A DNA stretch of 63,197 nucleotides, the filler included, from Chiloscyllium plagiosum (taxonomy: Eukaryota), in the NCBI RefSeq assembly GCF_004010195.1. It is 5 parts of 2 records of this genome, joined end to end, with 100 filler letters (N's around TTAATTAATTAA, not from the genome) between each part and the next. Parts side by side here need not be neighbours in the genome. Positions count along the whole stretch, not along the records: positions 41,245 to 61,253 come from NC_057712.1; positions 61,354 to 63,197 come from NC_057713.1; 3 more parts are not named here. The stretch is one strand, 5' to 3'. Under the pieces are notes generated by a model. The model saw only the letters and a list, made by a program, of their open reading frames with translations, made no database searches and was not told the DNA's origin. Of this stretch, positions 52,568 through 63,197 are shown piece after piece; the stretch's first letter is position 1, and each line of letters begins with the position of its first letter. Both the position numbers and the translations under genes were made by a program.

Positions 52568-54327
52568 CTGGAAAAAGACAAAACAAAACAGGTCAGAATC
52601 AGATACCGGTGTCCAACTCTGGAGACAGTGATCAATGAGAATGCAAACTGGCAAACACATTACAAAATACACTAGGGTCACACTCACACCCTGGGACCCC
52701 ACAGCCCCGCAGGGGTCTCTCTCACACACACTGGGTACCCCACAGCCCCCGTGGGTGGACACACAGTGGGGAGGGGAACCCCACAGCCCATGTCCAGGCA
52801 GCTCACAGCCCTAGTATTTCAGCGTTTGATCTCACCTGGGTTTAATCACATTTGTGAAGCCCTGATATAAAGAGGGGTGAAGGAAAATGAAGGAAAATAC
52901 TGAGCCCAGTTCAGTATCTGCAGTCCTCAATGTCAAATACAGAGCAAAGGTGCCCATGTCCAGATGATCACGGTATAATATGAAGTAGCTGAGGCAGCTC
53001 CGATATATGGTTGGAGGGAGCAGTGAAGGGAAGGGGCATATATAGACCAAGCAACTGGCGACGACTTCATGAACCAAGAACACCCAGGACCTCAAAACCT
53101 CAATTTCTTAAGAATCAGGAGGGAGTTTGCACTATCTGACTTGCTGAGTAATTTAAAAATAAAGGTGATGTAATTACCAACATACAAGGAATAGGAGTCT
53201 GAAAGGAAGTCAGACAAAATGGTGCATGTCTTCCTTATTTTACAGAAAGGGGAACTCAGTCAGTTTTCATAAATATGGCAGGAAACAGGAAGAAGTGTCA
53301 GAATTTGAATTCCCACAGCACCTACCCTGTAACAATATCATTAGGGCCAAACGTGTAACTATATCCCTCTCAACGGTCAGATCCTGAAACATGTACAGCA
53401 ATTTGCTGGGGTCCCCCATCACTGAAGATGGAGAGGCTATCTCACAACTGGACACGGTAAAACAGAGCTTGGAAATAATCTGTATTGAAGTTCCACACTG
53501 CTCCTCACTTAACTCAGGCAAAAATCAGAGGTAACACACATTACCCATTGTGTCAGATTTTAAAGACAGGTTTTTTAAAAAAATAAAATTCACTCACGGG
53601 ATGAGGGAGTCACTGGCTAGACAAACATTTATTGCCCATCGGGCACTTAAGAGTAACCACATTGCTGTGGGTCTGGAGTCTCACGTAGGCCAGACCAGGT
53701 TAGGATGGCAGTTTTCTTCCCTAAAGAACTTTGTTGAACCAGATGTTTTTTCCTGACATTCAACAACACGTTCATAGTCATTAGACTCTTAATTCCAGAT
53801 TTTTTTTTTTAAAAAAGCTGAATTCAAATTCTATAACCTGCCATGGCAGGATGTGAACCTGGGCCCTCAGAACAGTACCTGGGTCTCTGGATTAACAGTA
53901 CAGGGATAATACCACTAGGCCACTGCCTCAAGGAATATAATTTCTTGACAGAACCACAGAACGACAAGAAGAAAGGAGGCCATTATATAACTGTCCAATT
54001 CGGCCCATTGTGGCTCTTCCCCTGAAGCCTGCCAATTTTTGCCCACCATTATTTATCCAGCTCCCTGTGATTTATTAAGTCTGGTTCCACTGCCCTTTTT
54101 AGGTATCATTATAACTTGCTCAGTCCTGACAGTTTCCTCATCTCCCTTCACGTTAGTCACCTTACATCTTAGTTGTCTGCTCACCAAACTTGCTGCCAGC
54201 AACAACAGCTTCACCTTATTGAAGCCCTTGCATTTTAAATCTCAAATCCCTCTTCACCTTTTCAACTCAGAGGAGAACAAAACCAAGGTGTACAGTCTTT
54301 CTGCAGAAATTAACTCCCTCGTCCACG

Positions 54328-55110
54328 TGGAGGTGCCGGTGTTAGACTGGGATGGACAAAGTTAAAAATCTCAACACCAGGTAATGGTCCAGGATGTTTA
54401 CTTGCAAGTAATGCCTTTCGGAGCGCTTCAGGCAGCTGTGGAGCAGGATCATAAGACACAGAATTTATAGCAAAAGATCACAGCATCATGCCATGAAACA
54501 ATATATTGAACAAACCTAAACTGCTGTTAAGTCTTTCATCTTTTAGAATGGGTTGCAGGTTTCAGTTCATTAGTATGTAAATCTCAGAACTTCTTTCCAG
54601 TGAGAGGGTGTGTTTGCACAGTGTGTGCATGAGTGTGACGGTGGATAAGCAGAATTATATTTGCAGATACATTCTATTTTGTTCAAAAAGCACAAAATCT
54701 GCAGGCAGTCAATCCATGAAATATTTTATAAATTCCTATTTTGGAAATAGAACCAGTCTGATTCCGGAATTGGGATACAGACAGGCTCTAACCTCACACC
54801 TTAAATGCAATGTCTGAGCTAAGATGTCACTTTTTTTTATTTAAAGCCTTGAGTTATCTCGAGACTGTGACTGTAAAAAAGTTCTGAGATTTACATATTA
54901 ATGAACTGAAACCTGCAACCCATTCTAAAAGATGAAAGACTTAACAGCAATCTAGGTTTGTTCAATGTACCATTTCAGCAGCATGACACTGTGATCTTTT
55001 GCTATAAATTCCATGTCTTATGATCCTGCTCCACAGCCAACTAATGAAGGAACAGCGCTCTGAGAGCTAGTGCTTCCAAATAAACTTGTGGACTACAACC
55101 TGGTGTTGTG
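54328..55110. mobile_element. Penelope-like terminal repeats as an inverted pair in a COQ8A intron
   Basis: About 54375-54590 is the reverse complement of about 54880-55110; related to 6041-6616 and the end of 19030-20910; hammerhead cores are degenerate. Confidence 0.72.
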
Positions 55111-55539
55111 TACCTCTTTTGCTTGGCCAACATTACCCCAGACCTTTAATTCTCCATAATTTGGTAAACTGGGAATATCAATGTGTACCAAATAGAAAAG
55201 GCAAACTTAATTTATTTGATTTTCAGTTTTGCATTGGCTTCTTGTAGATGCCAAGAGAGTTTCCAGCAATAACACTGACCATCTCAGTTCACCCGCTGCT
55301 GCAACTTTCCACCTTTGTCTCAATTGTTGCACTGAATTCCCAGTGGAACCCAGCATTTTGCCTCTCTAGACATTAGGTTATTTCAACTTTGACAGTCCAC
55401 GAGCTAACTTGCACCACATCCTATTCACAAACATCCGGACACTTGCTGGTGCATGGCCCAGCAACACTATTATCTAGCACCTTTGGGATCAGGAATGCGC
55501 CGCTCCATTTTAAATTCTCATTCCTGTTTTCAAATCACG

Positions 55540-55750
55540 CCAGACCCACACCCGTCCCTAGTGCCGTGAGCCCCCGCCCATCCCTAGCACTGTGGTCCCT
55601 AGCACCGTGATCCCCCTCCCGTCCCTAGCGCCGTGATCCCCCGCACGTCCCTAGCGCCGTGATCCCCCACCAGACCCACGCCCGTCCCTAGCTCCATGAC
55701 CCCCAGACCCATACCCATCCCTAGCTCCGTGACCCCAGCCGGACCCAGAG
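55540..55750. repeat. GC-rich degenerate minisatellite
   Basis: Repeated cgtccctagcgccgtgatcccc-like units. Confidence 0.8.
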
Positions 55751-57192
55751 CCCGATGAGATACCTCCTCATCCTAAATGTCCAATTGTATTGAATGCCAA
55801 GGTCCTTAGCTCAGGAATTCACTCCCTGCCCATCTTCATCTCACTTTCCTCCTTTAGAACGACAACCTTTGTTTTAACCAGCATCTTATGAACCGGCCCC
55901 CCTCAATAAACCAGCAAAGTTTACATGCCTCAAATACCAGAGGCTTGCTGTTTTATCATGATCTACTGCAATTTCTGAGTAGTCAGTTGAGTGAGAGAGT
56001 TAGAAGGCTCTTTGCTGGTGAGTCTTATTTAAGGCGAAGTTGCGTTAGTATTTAGGTGACCTATGCTGTAAAGTGACGTATGTATCATCTGTATTATGTT
56101 TCTATTACTTAATCAATATTTAAAAACACAGACTATGTGGAGCTCTTAACTATCCTGAATATTTGACCAGCCTACATACTCCTGGTTTCAAAGATGCCAG
56201 TTCATAAAAGGTTGGCTGAACATGAATATAGTCACCAACAGTGCAAACTCCTTTCTCCATCCATTTCCTGGATGAAGAGATTTCCCCTGAGCATCCCGTA
56301 GGAATTATTAGGGACAACCTTACATTTAAAAGCTTCCAAACTTGCATTTCTTTCAATTTAGCACACCGAATATACCAATCACAAAGCTTTATCCTGTATA
56401 CCGAGGTATCCAAAGACAGATTGGAGAATCACTCTGCTGAACACCTCCCACTCAGTCTACAAGGACCCTGAGCAGGGCACATTAATCCTTTGTCTCTATT
56501 AGCCTAAAATACGCTGGAAAGACAAAGGTCAGGAGAAGGGTGACAGACATCCCTCTTGATCAGGCATTTCACAGCTACTCACATGCAATTTTGAGTTTAA
56601 CCATTTCAAATCGAATCTTCACTTGTTAGTGAAGATTCAATTTGAAATGATTTGAAATGGTTAAACTCAAAATTGCATTTGAGTGAAGATTCCAGGCGAA
56701 AGGGAGGACTGCAGATGCTGGAGATCAGAGTCAAGATCAGTGTGGTGCTGGAAAAGCATAGCAGGTCAGGCAGCGTCTGAGGAGCAGGAGAATTGATCAA
56801 GGGCTCCTACCCGAAACGTCATCAGTGAAGATTCTAGACCCATTCTGGCATGTTCCATTTCTACCTCTTTACTTAGACATCATTATTTCTTCAGTCATTT
56901 ATTCCCTCCTCCCCCCCCCACTCTCCTCTTGTTCTCACCCACCAACCTGGCCCATAACTCTTGCTTCTCTGTTTCCCTGCCTTTCTACCTGTTGAAAAAC
57001 CTGTATTATCTCTAGCTTTTAGCAGTTCAAATGGAAGTGTAGTGACTTGTAACCTTAAATGTTTCTCTGTTTACTGGTGCTGCCAGAATGGCAGAAGATT
57101 TCTAGCATTTACAGTCAATACTATTGAACTCAAAGTTGCCATTATGACTGAACTGCAAAGGGAAGGTCAGGAATCCAGTCAGCGTCCCTTAC

Positions 57193-57315
57193 CTTGAATG
57201 CTGAGCATCTGACCTATTTTGAGAGCTGCACCTCGCACTTTACACAGAGTGTTCACAATCCTCTCAGCATTCGCTTCAGATAAGAAGGGACTGCCGTCAA
57301 GTATGGCTTTGCCAC
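57193..57315 (-). CDS. COQ8A: COQ8A exon (123 nt) with the KxGQ motif
   Basis: Acceptor ttctgttcccagcag, donor g|gtaagg; (G)[40 protein letters not shown]; in phase with the 86-nt exon. Confidence 0.96.
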
Positions 57316-57659
57316 CTGCTGGGAACAGAACGTGTGTGTCATTAAAACAAGCTCAAGGACACCCTGCTAAATGCTAATAAACAATTAGTTCATGCTCTTG
57401 CCTGTTGAATCAACATTGCCTGGATTACGGAGAAAACATTTGCTCTTTCATGGAAGTAACTTATCAAACACTGTTTCAGAGGAATAAGGTTGTTGACTGC
57501 AAGAGATGGGGCGCGGGCACATGAGGTGGGGGGGGGGGGGGGGGAAAGAAGTGGGCACACGAGGGGGGGGTAAAACATATACAGCGATATTACCAATTTT
57601 TAAAAAAGGTCATCTTCACTTAGCACTGCTCTCAGCACGACTCAGTCTCCTCCTATGTA

Positions 57660-57845
57660 TGATATGGAGGTGCCGGTGTTGGACTGGGGTGTACCAAGTT
57701 AAAAATCATACAACACCAGGTTATAGTCCAATAGGTTTAATTGGAAGTGCTAGCTTTTGGAGCGGGGCCACCTGATGAAGGAACAGCGCTTCAAAAACTA
57801 GCACTTCCAAATAAACCTGGTGTTGTGTGATTTTTAACTTTGTAT
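57660..57845. mobile_element. Short inverted pair of Penelope-like terminal repeat
   Basis: aagttaaaaatcatacaacaccagg...ggaagtgctagctttt mirrored by ctagcacttcc...cctggtgttgtgtgatttttaactt around a degenerate ctgatgaagg core. Confidence 0.7.
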
Positions 57846-60800
57846 CCTCCTATGTAGTTTTATTATCTGGGTGATGAGAGCCAGGTTTGTAATAAGTAAC
57901 TTATTTTCTGCAGCAGGGATTGGAATATACAAATAAAATAAGCAAACTGAATATAGCCAACACTTAAAATTGAAGGGAGCAAGAGCATGTGGGTGAACAA
58001 AACAGAAAAAATATGTTTTGTCCATTTTCTGACCTGTGGAGAAACTCATTCTCATCAGACAGGGACAGGAAGAGGGTGAAGATTACGATGAGAGCTTTAT
58101 ACATTAAACAGAAGTCACCTTGTTGTAATTCAAGCCTCCTGTTGACTTGGCAGAAATAACTTTAAACAGGCAGCTCAGGACCAACTGACATCTCCCAAAC
58201 ACATTCTCTAACAGAAACATAATCTTGACTCCTTTGAAGTCTTTGAAAAACAAAAAGCAACAGTCAACTATATCTCTCAGAAGTACACTGGATCAATAGC
58301 TAGCTACAGGAATCTGCACACAGTCTCAGGGAGATCAGTGGACTCAAAATGAGACAAAACTAGGATCTGCCATTGAACACGACTGCTCCAGTGAAGCCAG
58401 GTTATAGCTAGATAGGCCTCAGAAACATGAACCAGTAGCTAGCTAGCCACCAGAGCCTCCCCATCATATAGATAGCCCAAACAGTAATCACTACCACTAG
58501 GTACTGGGTTGGCTGTGTGGTCTCAATCTGCTGCAGCTTAACTGAGGTAATGGAGAATTCCCCATGAACATGTAAGTTAGGAGCAGGAGTAAGTTAGTCT
58601 GTTCCTGGAGCCTGCTCTAACTATTCAGTCTGATCAGACTGTAACTCAAACCTTCATCCACTGCACACTACCTCCTCAAACGAACTCCAATAGATTGGTC
58701 ACACATGATTTCCCTTTCATAAAACCATACTGACTCTGCCCAATAACCTTGAACTTATCTAAATGCCCTGTTATAAACATTTTTAATAACAGCTAATAAC
58801 ATTTTCCCTACAACAGATGTCGATCTAACTGCCCTGTAGTTTCCTGCTTTCTGTCTCCCTCTTTTGAATAGAGGAGTTGTTACATTTGATAGCTTCCAAC
58901 CAAATGGGACTGTCCCCAAATCAAGGGAATTTCGGAAAAAGAAAACCAATGTGTCAAATCTCTTACCCGCAGGGTGTGGACACCGTTGGCTAGCTCTGCA
59001 TTTCTTTCGCATCACAAAGTGTCAGGCAGGCTGTTTACTGTGAACCACATTGCTGGGGCCTGGGGTCAGAAACCCACCTTCAACTACACAACTATCACTA
59101 CGCCCTCCAAGGAAATCAGTCAATTAAAACCAAAAATTTATGAAGGATATATGAAAGCTAAGCTTCAGGTCATTCACCTGCAAAAGAAGAGGTAGTATAA
59201 AGGGTACCAGTAGAGACAGAGCCACAAGGTCTGACCATCACCTGTAGTGGAAGGCCTGGCGGACATTGAACTGAGGTGGGTACGTTTTGTTTAAGAAAAT
59301 ACTGTGAAGAGTTTCGAAAGGGAAAGACTGGCCATTAACTCTAATCGGAAAAAGGAGTTAACAATTTAAAAACAAACAACAAAGTCAGTCAGTCAGTGTG
59401 CGATTTCTTCACACAGATCCGAACACTTTGTCACAGGGAGCAATCGAAGCAGAGTCCATCACATCAATGAAGGGAAAGTCTGGATAAGACTTTAAAACTG
59501 AGGAAGTTACAGGTAAGCTGAATGCTGGCTGGATCAGTCAAGCAAGCACAGGGCATGATTTGCACAACAGTCCACAACCAAGTCTCAGAATAAGCAGGAA
59601 GACACCAAAGAGACAGCTGAAGAGGAATTGGTTCACCGAGAGTGTGGTGAGTCTTTGGAATTCCCTATCCCACAGGGCAGTGCAGAATGTGGGATATACA
59701 TAGTCACCAAGTGTGCTCAAAACAGGGATCAAAATCTTTCTACAAATTAAAAACAAAAGATATGGGGATAATACAAGAAAAGCAAGGTTCAGGTGAATGA
59801 TCAGCCAGACCATGTGAATGGTGGGATAGGCTTGATAGGCTGAATGGCCTACTACTGCTCACATTTCCTCTGTCCCTCAATTCAATGCTGCAGTTTCTTT
59901 TATAGCACAAAGAAAACAAAATTTCTGGAAAGGGAGATTGGGACAGCTGCTGGAAACAGACTCTCTAAGCACTGACTTTCAGTGACAGCAATGTCTCCCA
60001 AAAGAGTGAGTGAGAGAGGAGAGACAACAACTGCAACTAAAATTCTTTAAAAGAATAGACAAAGCTGTGGAAATCCAATACTTTTACTTCATTAGCTGCT
60101 GACCAGAGATTTTAATTTGGAATCGAACAACAGACACACACCAGGATTTGTGCAGCCTGAACAGATCAGCAGTAGTAAGTAAATGAAGCAATTAATATCC
60201 TTCAAGACCTCCCACTCCCAGAATACACATTAACTCTTTTACCCAGAAACTGCACTTCACAAAAAGGGCTTCAATGACTGTGAAATGCTCTGGACATCAA
60301 GGTCGTTAAAAAAAAAACTAGAAATGCAAATTTACTCCCAGCTTATTTACTCCCTCAAAAGCTATTTTGAAATATTTGCCCTCTCATGGTTTCTATAAAA
60401 AGGAAGCTAGGAGCTTTAAATGGCATGAGCTTTAATGACAGCCTCCTGCAAATAACAAAACAACTGCAGCCGACATTCCAGCAGCCAAAACAAGTCAGAG
60501 CAGCTTTATCCGGGAGGTAGGTTTCCTCTGCACCCCTCCCTCCGGGCCACTGGCCAAGGAGCTTACAGCAAAGTGACCTTGGAGATAGACCAAGCACTTG
60601 CTTTTATAAGCCGCGGCACTTCCAGCCAGCAGTTCCACCATCTGACCCAAGTGTTTACACCGACTGCGTGTTCTCTACCCTCAGCAAGTTGTGGTGCTCA
60701 TGTTCACTTATTTAGATGATTAGAAATCAAAAGCACATGCAGAAGATGTCAGACAGAGTGGGATTTCCCAACTCAAAAGGCCCTGCAAGGCTGAGAATAA

Positions 60801-61019
60801 ACAATCCACCACTGAATCAGGAGACCATTCATTCAATAGACAATATAATAGACAACAGACAATAGTTGCAGGAGTAGGCCATTCTGCCCTTCTCACTTAT
60901 TTAGATGATTAGAAATCAAAAGCACATGCAGAAGATGTCAGACAGAGTGGGATTTCCCAACTCAAAAGGCCCTGCAAGGCTGAGAATAAACAATCCACCA
61001 CTGAATCAGGAGACCATTC

Positions 61020-61253
61020 ATTCAATAGACAATATAATAGACAACAGACAATAGTTGCAGGAGTAGGCCATTCTGCCCTTCAAGCCTGCACCACCATTCA
61101 ATATAATCATGGCTGATCATTCCTAATCAGTATCCTGTTCCTGCCTTATCTCCATAACCTTGATTCCACTATCTTTGAGAGCTCAATCCAACTGCTTCTT
61201 AAATGAATCCAGAGAGTGGGCCTCCACTGCTCTCTGGGGCAGAGCATTCCATA
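61020..61253 (-). mobile_element. Young CR1 3' end cut by the scaffold end
   Basis: Matches 34060-34255. Confidence 0.88.
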
Positions 61254-61353
61254 NNNNNNNNNNNNNNNNNNNNNNNNNNNNNNNNNNNNNNNNNNNNTTA
61301 ATTAATTAANNNNNNNNNNNNNNNNNNNNNNNNNNNNNNNNNNNNNNNNNNNN
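61254..61353. other. Artificial 100-nt scaffold spacer
   Basis: 44 N + TTAATTAATTAA + 44 N. Confidence 0.97.
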
Positions 61354-62867
61354 CTCCCCCCTACTCCCTCGACCCCCACTCTCCATCCCCCCCTTGTGTC
61401 GGTTTTGTGTAGGAGCAGGCTTATTCCACCCTGAGCACTCTGTCACGTTTACCCCATGGACCTCCTGCCCAATGGGTTTTTCCTGGGGGTGTGGTCGGAA
61501 TGTCACTACACCAGTAACGGGGGGAGCCAGGCTGACACTCCCGGTGTGGGTACTAACCCCTTTACAGCTGCTGTTGAAGTTTATATCCAATAGATCTGAT
61601 CCATAAAACTCACGGTGACCACAAACCTCTCATCGATTGTCACAAAAACTCACTGTGTTCAATTTCAGAGAGGGAAATCTACCATCCTCACCTGGTCTGG
61701 CCTACACGTGACTCCAGGTCCGTAACAATGTGGCTCTCTCTGATCTGCCCCCTGAATGGCCACTCTGCTCAAGGGGCCACTGGGGATGGGTGAGGAATAC
61801 TGGGCCTTCCATCAATGAAGCTCGTCCCCAGAGGAGGGCAGGTGACTCTGAGTGAGATGCGGATTTGGAAGACGTTACAGAGGCAGCTGAGGAAAAGGAG
61901 AAAGGGTTAGGAATTGGGAGATTTCCTGGTCAGGGCCAGTGTGGAGAATGGATACAATGGATGGGTGAATGGGACTTGGAGTGAGTTTGGACACTGGGAT
62001 TCCGGCTTTACAATGCTGTACTCGAAGGATTAACTTTCATAACGTTCTAGCTTTGACATTGTCTGCTGAACTCCATTTCTAATGGTCTGTGAACGGGAAC
62101 CCAGTGGGAACCCAGCAGGACTCTCAATCAGTCTCTCCAGCTGGTCTATGGCCACTGAGGAAGAGGTGAAAGATTACACTGAGTAAGAGAAGGAGAGAAA
62201 TACCATGTGGGGTAGTTACACTCCCTCATCCTTCCTGCCAGGCCTTTCTCGTGCCCCCTCTGGCTCTCCTCAGCCCATTTCTGAGCTCTTTCCCAGCATC
62301 CTCAAGAGCTGTGCTGGATCCTTGCTGGTAGTGGTAGGCACTGAACCGATTCTGCACTGGGGACTCAATGAGGTATCAAGAACAATGGGCTGTCTCTGTT
62401 GTTGGGACTCAGTGTTGGGATCAGGGCTCAGGAGAGCTCAAGGGACGCGCAGAAGAGTCCTCTGCACAATTATTGGTTCCATCCGACTGAGTGAGGGGTT
62501 AAAAACCCACAAAGGGTGTGAGCTTGCTGCAGCTGAGCCTGGTTAGAGGTCAAAGAGTTAAAAACACACTGGGTAGTTCTAGTGTAGTGAATCCAGCTGT
62601 CGGTGAATGAGAACTGGGGATACAGCTTCACAATCCAGGGCAGTGAAACAGGAAAAGGACTTGAGCAATTATTCAGGCAATCGATGACGCTACGGTGATT
62701 GAGAGGGCGTTTTAAGACCAGGTCAGCTGCAGTGAAGAAATGCGATCCCTTTGTGAAATTTAATGATATTTGGTGAGATTTGAACCATTGGAACATTAAT
62801 GTCTGGGTGGGAGATGTTGCTCAGAAATCTGTGGGGTCTGTCTTGATTACATTTGCTATTTGATGTT

Positions 62868-63197
62868 TAACATAGAACATAGAAACGTACAGCATAGAAC
62901 AGGCCGAGATTTAATCCTAATGTAAAATATAGTAACTTAACCTACGCCTCCCTCAACATCCATGTGCATGTCCAGCAATCGCTTAAATGTCCCCAATAAC
63001 TCTGTTTCCACCACCACTGCTGACAACGCATTCCATGCATTCACAATTTTCTGCATAAAGAACTTACCTCTGACGTCTCCTTTATACCTTCCTCCTAATA
63101 TCTTCAAACTATGACTTCTCATACCAGTCAATCCTGCCCTGGGGAAAAGTCTCTGGCTATTGACTCTATCCATGCCTCTCATTACCTTGTACACCTC
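62868..63197 (-). mobile_element. CR1 3' end running off the window
   Basis: ORF 62937-63194: YKVMRGMDRV...HSLKILGGRYKGDVRGKFF...VNAWNAL; (catagaa)n tail. Confidence 0.9.

Noticed and set aside
44817..57315. COQ8B (ADCK4) as the identity
   Set aside because: DLGPNW, VAMKIQ and MNMSNxLPEGLFPEH match COQ8A as recalled, and the CDC42BPA neighbourhood agrees.
57316..61253. Next upstream COQ8A exon (GLAVGLG...AEVAKKSL)
   Set aside because: Searched by eye on the minus strand and not found; presumably beyond the spacer or outside the window.
62205..62546. 113-aa plus ORF, or a minus-strand exon starting at the acceptor near 62540
   Set aside because: No recognisable domain; all three minus frames after the acceptor hit stop codons.

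Overview
Eukaryotic, repeat-rich vertebrate DNA, almost certainly from a cartilaginous fish (shark-type HE1/V-SINEs, abundant CR1 LINEs and Penelope-like elements; organism is an inference). The window is five assembly pieces joined by identical 100-nt spacers (44 N + TTAATTAATTAA + 44 N at 8863, 26261, 41145 and 61254), so adjacency across them is not physical. I read three sets of host exons by hand that the ORF track largely misses. (i) Three + strand exons of CDC42BPA/MRCK-alpha (32984-33100, 36496-36576, and the C1-domain exon 37216-37321). (ii) Five in-phase - strand exons of COQ8A/ADCK3 (57315 down to 44817, including the KxGQ and AAAS motifs). (iii) One orphan - strand calpain catalytic-domain exon (4478-4550). 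Nearly all long ORFs in the track are CR1 reverse transcriptase/endonuclease or Penelope GIY-YIG fragments. The most interesting non-coding signal is a set of minimal type-I hammerhead ribozyme motifs in several Penelope-derived repeat types, often arranged as inverted pairs. This is a known class of element. I found no convincing evidence of a wholly new biological system; the remaining leads are low-confidence unassigned exon candidates and some unusual repeat structures. Repeat boundaries are approximate.
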